Shown: positions 29,620 to 37,500 of the stretch, piece after piece
Layout: each line of letters opens with the position of its first letter
Position numbering within the stretch: the stretch's first letter is position 1
DNA from: Candidatus Margulisiibacteriota bacterium
GTDB taxonomy: Bacteria; Margulisbacteria; WOR-1; O2-12-FULL-45-9; XYB2-FULL-48-7
NCBI GenBank assembly: GCA_041649975.1
Contig: JBAZMB010000002.1
Location: 1 to 39,101, forward strand
Reading direction: 5' to 3'
DNA length: 39,101 nt
The notes under the pieces: model-generated
What the model was told of the DNA's origin: nothing
Database searches by the model: none
Seen by the model: the letters and a program-made list of their open reading frames with translations, nothing else
Program-made: the position numbers and the translations under genes

Positions 29620-29814
29620 ATCTTTCCTCCTCTAATCCAACTTGTCCAAGGGCCTTAGTATTATAGTATATTTAAGAATAGTAGTAAAAGAGTTTGTAGA
29701 AATGTTGATAAACTATTTCATTCCCGCAACCGGGCGAAAATTTATTCAACGATTTCAACAACCCTAATAAACTACTGTGAACAACTTAGTCGCGCAAAAG
29801 TTCTGCACAGGCTT
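29620..29814. other. Candidate oriC / DnaA-box region in the dnaA-dnaN spacer
   Basis: 195-bp non-coding spacer. AT-rich core at about 29655-29715 (TTAGTATTATAGTATATTTAAGAATAGTAGTAAAAG). One 8/9 DnaA box, TGTTGATAA, at 29703-29711. Three 7/9 boxes at 29776-29784, 29801-29809 and 29813-29821. Confidence 0.45.
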
Positions 29815-31185
29815 TTACACAGGCTTAGGTGTGTATTTCTTGATATTGTTTCGGACGTGTTTAACCGCGTCGCCGACTTCCGCGTTTCCTTTCAACTCAA
29901 CCTTAACTTTTTCGATCGAATGAAGAACCGTGGTGTGATCGCGGCCGCCGAATTCGGCCCCGATCTTAGGCAAGGATGCGTTGGTCATTTCCCGGGCGAC
30001 GAACATTGCCACCTGCCTGGCCATGGCGATCTTTTTCGTTCGGTCTTTAGCGTCGATATGTTCCGATTTGATGCCGAAGTAATCGGCTGTGATCTTTTTG
30101 ATGAGATCGATAGAAATGTTCTGGTCTTCCTTTTGGGCGTTCAGGATGTCCTTAAGGACCTGATCAACCAAAGAAATGGAAATATCAACATTATTTAATG
30201 AAGCAAAGGCAACGATCCTGATCAAAGCACCTTCAAGCTTTCTGATGTTGGAAATGATCTTGCTGGCGATCAGGGAAAGAATATCATCGGAAATGTTAAT
30301 GCCGCTTAACTCGGCCTTTTTCTTTAAGATCGCGACGCGGGTTTCAAAGTCTGGCGCCTGGACATCGGCGGTCAGGCCCCATTCAAACCTTGAGCGCAAC
30401 CTTTCTTCAAGCGTTGGGATTTCCTTCGGCGGGCGGTCCGAACTGACCACGATCTGTTTATTGGCCTCGTAAAGCGCGTTAAAAGTATGAAAAAATTCTT
30501 CCTGGGTCCGCTCTTTACCGGCTATAAACTGGACATCATCGACCAACAAAACGTCGATCGAGCGATATTTGTTGCGGAATTGAACGGTCTTATCGTCACG
30601 GATCGAATTGATCAATTCGTTGGTGAACATTTCAGATGTGATGTATAAAACTTTGGCCTTTGGGTTGCGCGATTCGACGCGGTGGCCGATCGCTTGCATT
30701 AAATGGGTCTTCCCCAGCCCCACCCCGCCATAAAGGAAAAATGGATTATAAGCCGTAGCCGGGCTCTCCGCCACGGCCAAAGCGCCGGCGTGAGCAAAGC
30801 GATTTCCCTGGCCAATGACGAAAGTTTCAAATGAATAACGCGGATTTAAATATGGGTTTGGCGGACGGGTCGGTTTCTTGGAGATCATTTCCATCGCGGC
30901 TTGTGTTTCGATCAGTGGCGTCGTAAACAGCTCCTCGCTGCCGACGATAAAATTAACCCCCTTGATCTCGGGCTTAATGGCGCGGGCCTCCTGCTCCAGC
31001 AAAGTCACGCAATGCTTGGAAAGCCAGTTCTTAATAACATCGCCGGGGACCGCGATCTCTAAGATTCCCTGGTTAACCCCGACCGGCTTCGCGGAAGTAA
31101 CCAAAGTCTCATAAATCGGCTTGTTAAGACTTTTTTCCAATGAAGCAAGGATCTCGTTCCAGATAAGATTAATATCTAATGTCAT
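29815..31185 (-). CDS. dnaA: Chromosomal replication initiator protein DnaA
   Basis: MTLDINLIWNEILASLEK..., the Walker A motif GGVGLGKTHLMQAIG, LLVDDVQFIAGKERTQEEFFHTFN, and C-terminal GGRDHTTVLHSIEKV. I chose the ATG at 31185. The ORF-track start is a TTG 15 codons upstream. Confidence 0.96.
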   Translation of the reverse strand: MTLDINLIWNEILASLEKSLNKPIYETLVTSAKPVGVNQGILEIAVPGDVIKNWLSKHCVTLLEQEARAIKPEIKGVNFIVGSEELFTTPLIETQAAMEMISKKPTRPPNPYLNPRYSFETFVIGQGNRFAHAGALAVAESPATAYNPFFLYGGVGLGKTHLMQAIGHRVESRNPKAKVLYITSEMFTNELINSIRDDKTVQFRNKYRSIDVLLVDDVQFIAGKERTQEEFFHTFNALYEANKQIVVSSDRPPKEIPTLEERLRSRFEWGLTADVQAPDFETRVAILKKKAELSGINISDDILSLIASKIISNIRKLEGALIRIVAFASLNNVDISISLVDQVLKDILNAQKEDQNISIDLIKKITADYFGIKSEHIDAKDRTKKIAMARQVAMFVAREMTNASLPKIGAEFGGRDHTTVLHSIEKVKVELKGNAEVGDAVKHVRNNIKKYTPKPV

Positions 31186-31250
31186 AAAGGCGTAGAAAGC
31201 GAGTATAGCAAGGGATTGGGAAATATTCAAGGGTTATCGACGAAAAAAGG

Positions 31251-31280
31251 TTGACAGAAAGACCGAAGATTGAGTATAAT
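31251..31280 (+). promoter_or_regulatory. Sigma70-type promoter of the rpmH operon (-35 TTGACA, 18-nt spacer, -10 TATAAT)
   Basis: TTGACA at 31251-31256 and TATAAT at 31275-31280, followed by a 19-nt leader containing AGAGGAG SD. Confidence 0.65.
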
Positions 31281-31299
31281 TAGTGAAAGAGGAGTTGCC

Positions 31300-31437
31300 A
31301 TGACAAAAAGAGAATATCAGCCCCACGTAAAAAGCAAAAAAACAACCCATGGGTTTCGTTCAAAAATGAAAACCAAAGGGGGAAGACGGGTTTTGGCCAG
31401 CCGACGGAAAAAAGGAAGAAAGCGGCTTGCTCCCTAA
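31300..31437 (+). CDS. rpmH: 50S ribosomal protein L34
   Basis: Not in the ORF track because it is under 60 aa. My translation is [45 protein letters not shown], which matches the L34 pattern (..YQPS...R..THGFR.RM.T..GR.VL..RR.KGRKRL). Confidence 0.93.
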   Translation: MTKREYQPHVKSKKTTHGFRSKMKTKGGRRVLASRRKKGRKRLAP

Positions 31438-31765
31438 AAACCAAAGACTTTCCAACAGCCAGGATATAAAAAAGGTTCTGGATAAAAATGATTTGCGCTT
31501 TAACACTCCCCTACTCACCTTTGTCGCAAAAGAGAACTTCCTGGACAAACAAAGAGCGACCGTGGTCTGCTCAAAAAAAGTTGGCAATGCGGTTAAAAGA
31601 AATAGAATACGACGAAAAATCGTCATGGCATATCAAAATATTCATAATAATATAGCCAAAAAAGTTGATATTGTTATTATTGCCAGACATAATGAAGCTG
31701 AAGTAAAGGATTACGAGGATCAGATTCAAAAAGGGGCCGATAAGATTGGGTTATGCAACGAGTGA
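31427..31765 (+). CDS. rnpA: Ribonuclease P protein component
   Basis: [17 protein letters not shown]... and [16 protein letters not shown] (the RNR motif). TTG start overlaps rpmH by 11 nt. Canonical position after rpmH. Confidence 0.85.
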   Translation: MLPKNQRLSNSQDIKKVLDKNDLRFNTPLLTFVAKENFLDKQRATVVCSKKVGNAVKRNRIRRKIVMAYQNIHNNIAKKVDIVIIARHNEAEVKDYEDQIQKGADKIGLCNE

Positions 31766-31962
31766 CCTTGTTCCTGCTCAATTTGTATATAAAATCAAAA
31801 GGGCTCTGGCTTAGAAATTGTTGCCGGTTTTATCCAAGCTGTTCGGCCTATACCTATGAGGCGGTTCAGAAATATGGGGCCATTAAAGGCCTTGGCTTAG
31901 GAATTAAGCGCGTTTTAAGGTGTAATCAGTTTTCAGCTGGGGGATACGATCCTGTTCCATAA
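31753..31962 (+). CDS. yidD: Membrane protein insertion efficiency factor YidD
   Basis: [23 protein letters not shown] signature. 69 aa. Confidence 0.92.
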   Translation: MQRVTLFLLNLYIKSKGLWLRNCCRFYPSCSAYTYEAVQKYGAIKGLGLGIKRVLRCNQFSAGGYDPVP

Positions 31963-31963
31963 A

Positions 31964-31979
31964 TGTTTCACGTGAAACA
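31964..31979. other. parS (ParB/Spo0J binding site), perfect consensus
   Basis: TGTTTCACGTGAAACA. The palindrome extends to a perfect 20 bp, AATGTTTCACGTGAAACATT (31962-31981), and begins at the last base of the yidD stop codon. Confidence 0.9.
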
Positions 31980-32021
31980 TTCGCTTCTGATTAATGGCCA
32001 ATGAGCCAAAAGGAGAGTTAA

Positions 32022-32657
32022 ATGGATTATTTAGTTAATATTATGCTTGAGATCGTGAAGTTTTTCTATGCGATTGGAGGGCACAACTACGGTTTGGCTA
32101 TTATTTGGCTCACAATAGCGGTAAATATTGCGCTGTATCCCTTAACCGCGTCATCTTTACAGCAAATGGCCGCGCTTCAGAGGGTTCAGCCGATACTGCA
32201 AAAGCTTCAGGAAAAGCATAAAGATAACCCACAGCAGCTACAAAAAGAGATGATGGACCTGTATAAGGTTGAAAAGGTTAACCCCCTGGGCGGTTGCTTG
32301 CCCATGTTGCTGAAAATACCGGTGTTTTTGGCGTTATTTTTCGCTTTGCAAAGCAAGGAATTTATGGCTCTGATCGGAACAAACACAAGTTTTCTTTGGA
32401 TGGGTAATATCGCTAAGCCAGATCCGACAATGATAATGATTGTTCTAATCGCTATTTCTACTTATTTAATGCAAAAATCAATGCCAAGCGGCGGCAATAA
32501 CCAACAAGCGCAGATAATGACTTGGGTTATGCCGATCTTTATTGCCTTTGTCAGTGTTTCCTTTTCAGCTGGCTTGCAGATCTATTGGGTTGTTTCAAAC
32601 CTGATCGGGTGGGCGCAACAGGTTTATATTTTAAGAAGCATGAAGGCGAAAGCCTAA
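32022..32657 (+). CDS. yidC: YidC/Oxa1-family membrane protein insertase, short form (no large periplasmic domain)
   Basis: GLAIIWLTIAVNIALYPLT, MQKEMMDLYKVEKVNPLGGCLPMLLKIPVF, and SAGLQIYWVVSNL. 211 aa. AAGGAGAG SD. Confidence 0.92.
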   Translation: MDYLVNIMLEIVKFFYAIGGHNYGLAIIWLTIAVNIALYPLTASSLQQMAALQRVQPILQKLQEKHKDNPQQLQKEMMDLYKVEKVNPLGGCLPMLLKIPVFLALFFALQSKEFMALIGTNTSFLWMGNIAKPDPTMIMIVLIAISTYLMQKSMPSGGNNQQAQIMTWVMPIFIAFVSVSFSAGLQIYWVVSNLIGWAQQVYILRSMKAKA

Positions 32658-32672
32658 AACAGGAGGGGAGCT

Positions 32673-33299
32673 ATGAGATCAGTAAAAATGAAGGGAAAGA
32701 ACGTCGAAGAAGCTACAAAGGCGGCTTTAGCGGTCCTTGGGGTAGAAAGAGATAAGGTTGAGATCAGGGTAATTAATGAAGGACGCGCGGGAATGATGGG
32801 CTTGATCGGTGGCGAGGAGGCAGAGGTTGAGGCGATTCAAAAAGAGGGCGGGGCGGAAGAAGCGCGGGAAATATTACAAACGATCTTGGATAAAATGGGC
32901 TTCATGGCAATAGCCGAAATAGCCTCAGAAAAAGGGGAGAATATTGTTATTGCCATTAAGGGCGAAGACATGGGGCGGATCATCGGCAAATCGGGATCGA
33001 TGCTCAAGTCTCTGGAGACATTGTTGAACGCGATGGTTTGGAAATTTATGGGAACAAGATTTCATATTTCGATCGATGCCGGTGGATATAAGGATAAAAG
33101 AGAGCAGGCGCTGCAGCGGCTAGCTGCTGATGTCGCGGATGAAGTTGCCAAAACCGGCGAGAATAAAGCGATGCCGAAGCTGGAAGCCAGCGATCGCCGA
33201 ATTATCCATTTATTTTTACAAGAAGATGGCCGGGTCGAAACCTTTAGCGAAGGCGAAGGGAAGGACCGGAAGTTGATCGTAGCCCCCAAAAAGGCCTAA
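32673..33299 (+). CDS. jag: Jag/KhpB-type RNA-binding protein (Jag_N, KH and R3H domains)
   Basis: N-terminal GKNVEEATKAALAVLGV (Jag_N), GRIIGKSGSMLKSLE (KH GxxG), and C-terminal SDRRIIHLFLQE (R3H). Canonical position after yidC. Confidence 0.88.
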   Translation: MRSVKMKGKNVEEATKAALAVLGVERDKVEIRVINEGRAGMMGLIGGEEAEVEAIQKEGGAEEAREILQTILDKMGFMAIAEIASEKGENIVIAIKGEDMGRIIGKSGSMLKSLETLLNAMVWKFMGTRFHISIDAGGYKDKREQALQRLAADVADEVAKTGENKAMPKLEASDRRIIHLFLQEDGRVETFSEGEGKDRKLIVAPKKA

Positions 33300-34624
33300 T
33301 GTCTGAAGAAACAATAGTAGCTGCCGCCACGAGAGGGGCAGCTACTATTTCTTTAATAAGAATGAGCGGACCCAAAAGTCTGGAAATCCTCACAAAAATC
33401 TTTCCTAAAAACCAAGCCTTAGAAACGCATCATATTTACCACGGGTGGGTAATCGATCCGAAAACAAAGACGAAGCTTGATGAGGTGATGGCCTGGTATC
33501 TAAAGGCTCCGAGATCCTTTACCGGCGAAGAAATGGTTGAGATCAGCTGTCACGGCAGCCATGAAGTAAGTCGACAGATCATTGAGCTGATCATAAGACT
33601 GGGAGGACGCGGCGCAAGCAAAGGAGAGTTTTCCAAAAGAGCCTTTCTTAATGGAAAGATCGATTTAACCCAAGCCGAAGCGATCGTTGATCTAATAACG
33701 GCGAAGACCGAAAAAAGTGTGGCTTCAGCTCGAAGGCAGGTTGAAGGGAAGTTGAAAGAGGCCATCAAGGAAAAGAGGCAAATACTCCTAGATCAACTAT
33801 CAAGACTAGAAGCAGAAATTGATTTCCCTGAAGATGTCCCAGGTAGCCAAAAAATAAACATTTTTGAAGAATTAGGCCAAGGGCTTCAAAGGGATATAAA
33901 CACGGCAAACTATGGAAAGATCATCAGAGATGGCGTAAAAATCGCCATAATTGGCCGCCCAAATGTTGGCAAATCAAGCTTATTAAATAGATTGTTAAAA
34001 GAAGACCGGGCGATCGTTACCGATCTTCCTGGAACAACCAGGGACACAATTGAAGAGACGGTTAATGTCCAGGGGTTCCCAATGATAATAATTGATACTG
34101 CCGGCATAAGAGAGACCAAAGAAAAAATGGAGGAGTTGGGAATTGCCAGGTCAAAAAAGGCGGCGGAAGAAGCAGAGGTAGTATTAGTTATAAAGGACGC
34201 AACAGACCCATTAAACAAGGAAGACTCGACGATCATAAATGCGATCGATCAAAACAAAGCGATTGTTGCCTACAATAAGATAGATCTGACAAAATATAAG
34301 CCCAAAGATGGGGGGATAGCCATATCCGCAACAGAGGGGCTAGGGATGGAATGCCTTGAGGCTGCGATCATAAATAAATTGGCTGCTAATAATGGGCTAT
34401 ATGAAGAAGACTATGGTGGAATCAACGAAAGGCATAAGGAATGCCTGGTAAGGGCCTATAAAGCGGTCCAAATGGGGCTTAAGGCGATGAAGGCAGGGGC
34501 TGGGCCAGAAGAACTGGCAGTTGATATAAAAGAGGCCTTGATTGCAATGGGGGAGGTTACAGGCGAAGAAGTGACCGACGAAGTCCTTAATAACATATTT
34601 GACAAGTTTTGTATTGGTAAGTAA
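33299..34624 (+). CDS. mnmE: tRNA modification GTPase MnmE (TrmE)
   Basis: G1 motif GRPNVGKSSLLN, DTAGIRET, and the C-terminal FCIGK tetrapeptide. 441 aa. Confidence 0.96.
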   Translation: MSEETIVAAATRGAATISLIRMSGPKSLEILTKIFPKNQALETHHIYHGWVIDPKTKTKLDEVMAWYLKAPRSFTGEEMVEISCHGSHEVSRQIIELIIRLGGRGASKGEFSKRAFLNGKIDLTQAEAIVDLITAKTEKSVASARRQVEGKLKEAIKEKRQILLDQLSRLEAEIDFPEDVPGSQKINIFEELGQGLQRDINTANYGKIIRDGVKIAIIGRPNVGKSSLLNRLLKEDRAIVTDLPGTTRDTIEETVNVQGFPMIIIDTAGIRETKEKMEELGIARSKKAAEEAEVVLVIKDATDPLNKEDSTIINAIDQNKAIVAYNKIDLTKYKPKDGGIAISATEGLGMECLEAAIINKLAANNGLYEEDYGGINERHKECLVRAYKAVQMGLKAMKAGAGPEELAVDIKEALIAMGEVTGEEVTDEVLNNIFDKFCIGK

Positions 34625-34649
34625 GATAAGTACCTCGGCGGATGAGCAA

Positions 34650-34665
34650 TGTTCCACGTGAAACA
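34650..34665. other. parS (ParB/Spo0J binding site)
   Basis: TGTTCCACGTGAAACA, the 16-mer I recall as the Bacillus subtilis spo0J parS, and a 16/16 fit to TGTTNCACGTGAAACA. Confidence 0.9.
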
Positions 34666-34680
34666 AAGAGAAATGTAGCC

Positions 34681-34702
34681 TGTGGATAAGGAGTGTGGAT
34701 AA
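34681..34702 (+). promoter_or_regulatory. Two tandem perfect DnaA boxes (TGTGGATAA x2, 13-bp period)
   Basis: TGTGGATAA at 34681-34689 and 34694-34702 (complement of TTATCCACA). They flank the folD AAGGAG SD and end 3 nt before the folD ATG. Confidence 0.8.
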
Positions 34703-34705
34703 GTA

Positions 34706-35560
34706 ATGGGACAAATTATTAACGGGAAAGAAATTGCCACAATCATCAAAGGGGAGATCGCGGCCGCAACTTCAAAGTTTAAAGCGGAAAAGAACGTGAC
34801 GCCTAAGCTGGCGGTCGTATTAGTTGGGGACGACCCGGCATCGAAAACATATGTTAGGAACAAGGAGTTGGGGTGCGCGGCAGTCGGAATGCTTTCAGAA
34901 ACGGTCTTGATGCCCGCGTCAACGACGGGAAAAGAGCTTATCGAGCAAGTTAAACGGCTTAACGGCGATCGTTCGGTCCATGGGATATTAGTCCAGTTAC
35001 CCTTGCCTAAGGGGCTTGATGAGATTCGTATTCTTAATGAGATCTTACCGGAAAAAGATGTTGACGGCCTTCATCCGGTCAATATGGGTAAACTAATAAA
35101 AGGGGAAGAAGGGGGCTTTGTTGCCTGCACCCCTCAGGGGATTATTGAACTGATATTATCCACAGGGACTGATATTAAAGGAAAAGAAGCGGTCGTTGTT
35201 GGCCGCAGTAATATTGTTGGAAAACCGACCGCGATCTTGTTATTACAGCGGCACGCGACCGTAACAATTGCTCATTCCAGGACCCGCGATTTGGGGGAAG
35301 TCACCAGGCGTGCCGACATTTTAGTTGCGGCGATCGGCCAACCAAAGCTAATTACCGGAAACATGATTAAGCCCGGCGCGGTGATAATCGATGTTGGCAC
35401 TAGTAAGGTCGATGGGAAATTAACCGGTGACGTGGATTATGCGGCTGCCATCGAGAAGGCGGCCTATATTACCCCTGTTCCCGGCGGGGTGGGGCCGATG
35501 ACTATTGCTCTGCTGCTTAAGAATACCTTGAAGGCGGCCGAACTATTGACCGCGAAATAG
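34706..35560 (+). CDS. folD: Bifunctional methylenetetrahydrofolate dehydrogenase/methenyltetrahydrofolate cyclohydrolase
   Basis: PKLAVVLVGDDPASKTYVRNK, HGILVQLPLP, VVGRSNIVGKP, and PVPGGVGPMT. 284 aa. Confidence 0.96.
   Translation: MGQIINGKEIATIIKGEIAAATSKFKAEKNVTPKLAVVLVGDDPASKTYVRNKELGCAAVGMLSETVLMPASTTGKELIEQVKRLNGDRSVHGILVQLPLPKGLDEIRILNEILPEKDVDGLHPVNMGKLIKGEEGGFVACTPQGIIELILSTGTDIKGKEAVVVGRSNIVGKPTAILLLQRHATVTIAHSRTRDLGEVTRRADILVAAIGQPKLITGNMIKPGAVIIDVGTSKVDGKLTGDVDYAAAIEKAAYITPVPGGVGPMTIALLLKNTLKAAELLTAK
35156..35164 (+). promoter_or_regulatory. Perfect DnaA box TTATCCACA inside folD
   Basis: An exact 9-mer within the codons for LILSTG. It is in the opposite orientation to the two boxes at 34681-34702. 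Confidence 0.4.
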
Positions 35561-36589
35561 CCTAAGCAAGTCGTTGAAGGTTATTAAAGCCATTAAGCCG
35601 AGTAAAACCATAAACCCGATCGAATTGACCCGGTTTTCAAAGCTTTCGTTGACTTGTTTCCCCGTCACCATCTCCCAAAGGTAGAAAATAATTCTGCCGC
35701 CATCAAGCGCGGGCAGGGGGAGCAGGTTCAACACCCCGACGTTAACACTGATAAAGGCCGTAAAGTAGACCAACGAAGCCAAGCCTGTTTGCGCGTACTT
35801 CCCGGTGATCTGGGCAATCCCGACTGGACCGGCTAAATCTGACAAAGAAACACCGCCCGTAATAAGCTGCCAAACGACCAAGATAACGGAAAGGACCATT
35901 AAGACGGTCTGCTGCCCGGCTAGATAAATAGCGACCAGAGGATTTACTCTTTCATACAATGGCTTAGGAGAAAAACCCAGCAAAGAAATTTTAAGCCGTG
36001 GATTATGTTTTGGCGTCGCCGATAATTCCAGCTTTTTGTCGTCGCGAAGAATGGACAGGCGTAATGGTTTTTCCGGGCTGCGATGAATCAGGTCGATCGC
36101 TTCTTCCATTTTACCGAATTGTTTATTATTGATCGCCAGTAGTTTATCGCCGACTTTTAAACCGGCTTTTTCAGCGGCCGAGTTTTTATTGATAACGCCG
36201 ATCTCATTTGAGGCCCCCTTTGGATAGCCCATAAAAAGAGTGAAAATGATCAGGATCAGGAAGGCAACGAAGATGTTCATCCCAGGACCGGCAAAAACCG
36301 CCTTAAACTTCTGGATCGGCGGTTTGGATTGAATCCTTTCTTCTAAGGGAACCGCGCGGTCTTCCTCTGTGTCATTTTCCCCGGCTAAACGGACAAAAGC
36401 GAGAATCGGGATTAGATTGATGGAGTAGATGGTGCTGTTTCTGGTGACGGAAAAGAGCTTTGGCCCAAAGCCGATCCCAAATTCTATGACCCTGATCCCA
36501 ACCCGCTTGGCCCAGACCAGATGACCGAGCTCATGAGCCACCGCGATGATAGTGAAGACGACAACAAAGGAGAGAATGCTAATTAACAT
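35543..36589 (-). CDS. rseP: RIP metalloprotease RseP (site-2 protease, M50 with PDZ domain)
   Basis: HELGH zinc motif at the N-terminus, a central PDZ (AAEKAGLKVGDKLLAINN), and NLLPLPALDGG. The 3' end overlaps folD by 18 nt, tail to tail. Confidence 0.93.
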   Translation of the reverse strand: MLISILSFVVVFTIIAVAHELGHLVWAKRVGIRVIEFGIGFGPKLFSVTRNSTIYSINLIPILAFVRLAGENDTEEDRAVPLEERIQSKPPIQKFKAVFAGPGMNIFVAFLILIIFTLFMGYPKGASNEIGVINKNSAAEKAGLKVGDKLLAINNKQFGKMEEAIDLIHRSPEKPLRLSILRDDKKLELSATPKHNPRLKISLLGFSPKPLYERVNPLVAIYLAGQQTVLMVLSVILVVWQLITGGVSLSDLAGPVGIAQITGKYAQTGLASLVYFTAFISVNVGVLNLLPLPALDGGRIIFYLWEMVTGKQVNESFENRVNSIGFMVLLGLMALITFNDLLRLFRGQ

Positions 36590-37500
36590 GCTTTTTTTAC
36601 CTCTTCCGCTAATTGAATAGCTTTAACTGCGGCACCTGAATCATTATCGGCAACTGATTTTCCCTTAATCATAGCCAAAAAACTGGAAAGCTCGGCGGTT
36701 AATTGGTCAACCGGCGTAATCGGCGTAGTTGATGGAACAGGTGATGAAAAGTCCCTTAAATAGATTGCTTTATTCAATAGGTCGGATTCAATAACCAGCT
36801 TTTCAGTAGTTACGGAGATCTTCCGGACTCGGTCTTCGGCAACCCTATTTCCTTCGACTCGGGCAATGACCCCATGTTTAAAAACGATAGTGGCCGCGAC
36901 CTGGTCGTAGAAGCGGCTTTTTACTTTTTTTCCTTCAGCGCGGACCTCTTCGATTGGAAAGGGGACCAGGACATTTAACAAATCAAGGTCGTGGATCATC
37001 ATATCGAAGACGACATCGGTATCGGTGATCCTGGTCGGGAAGGGGCTGAAGCGTTTAATGTCGATCCCCAGGACCTTTTCTCCCTTGATGAGCCGGCGCA
37101 ATTTAACGAAAGCGGGGTTAAATCTTTCGATAAAACCGACGAGAAGAATAAGATTTTTACTTTTTGCCAGATCGGCCAGCGCTTGTGCTTCCGTAGAAAC
37201 GCCGGTGAACGGCTTTTCCAGTAAAACGTGCTTTCCAAGAGACAAGCAATCTCTGGCAATAGTTAGGTGCGTCTTAGTTGGGGTGACGATGCTGAGCGCG
37301 TCGACCTCGGCTGCTAATTGTTGGTAATCAGCAAAGGGGGTAATTCCAGTTTTAGCCGCAACCTCGCTAGCCAGAGCGAAATCTTTATCCGCAATTCCGA
37401 CAAGATTGAGCCCGCTAAGCCCAGCGGCGATCCGAATATGGTTTTGGCCCATGGAACCGGCGCCAATAACCCCAAATTTCAAGCCTTTGCCTTTAATCAT
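36583..37500 (-). CDS. Gfo/Idh/MocA-family NAD-dependent sugar-nucleotide oxidoreductase (GnnA/WbpB-like)
   Basis: N-terminal Rossmann motif FGVIGAGSMGQNH and LLEKPF. 305 aa. Immediately downstream of the DegT-type aminotransferase. Confidence 0.85.
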   Translation of the reverse strand: MIKGKGLKFGVIGAGSMGQNHIRIAAGLSGLNLVGIADKDFALASEVAAKTGITPFADYQQLAAEVDALSIVTPTKTHLTIARDCLSLGKHVLLEKPFTGVSTEAQALADLAKSKNLILLVGFIERFNPAFVKLRRLIKGEKVLGIDIKRFSPFPTRITDTDVVFDMMIHDLDLLNVLVPFPIEEVRAEGKKVKSRFYDQVAATIVFKHGVIARVEGNRVAEDRVRKISVTTEKLVIESDLLNKAIYLRDFSSPVPSTTPITPVDQLTAELSSFLAMIKGKSVADNDSGAAVKAIQLAEEVKKAC

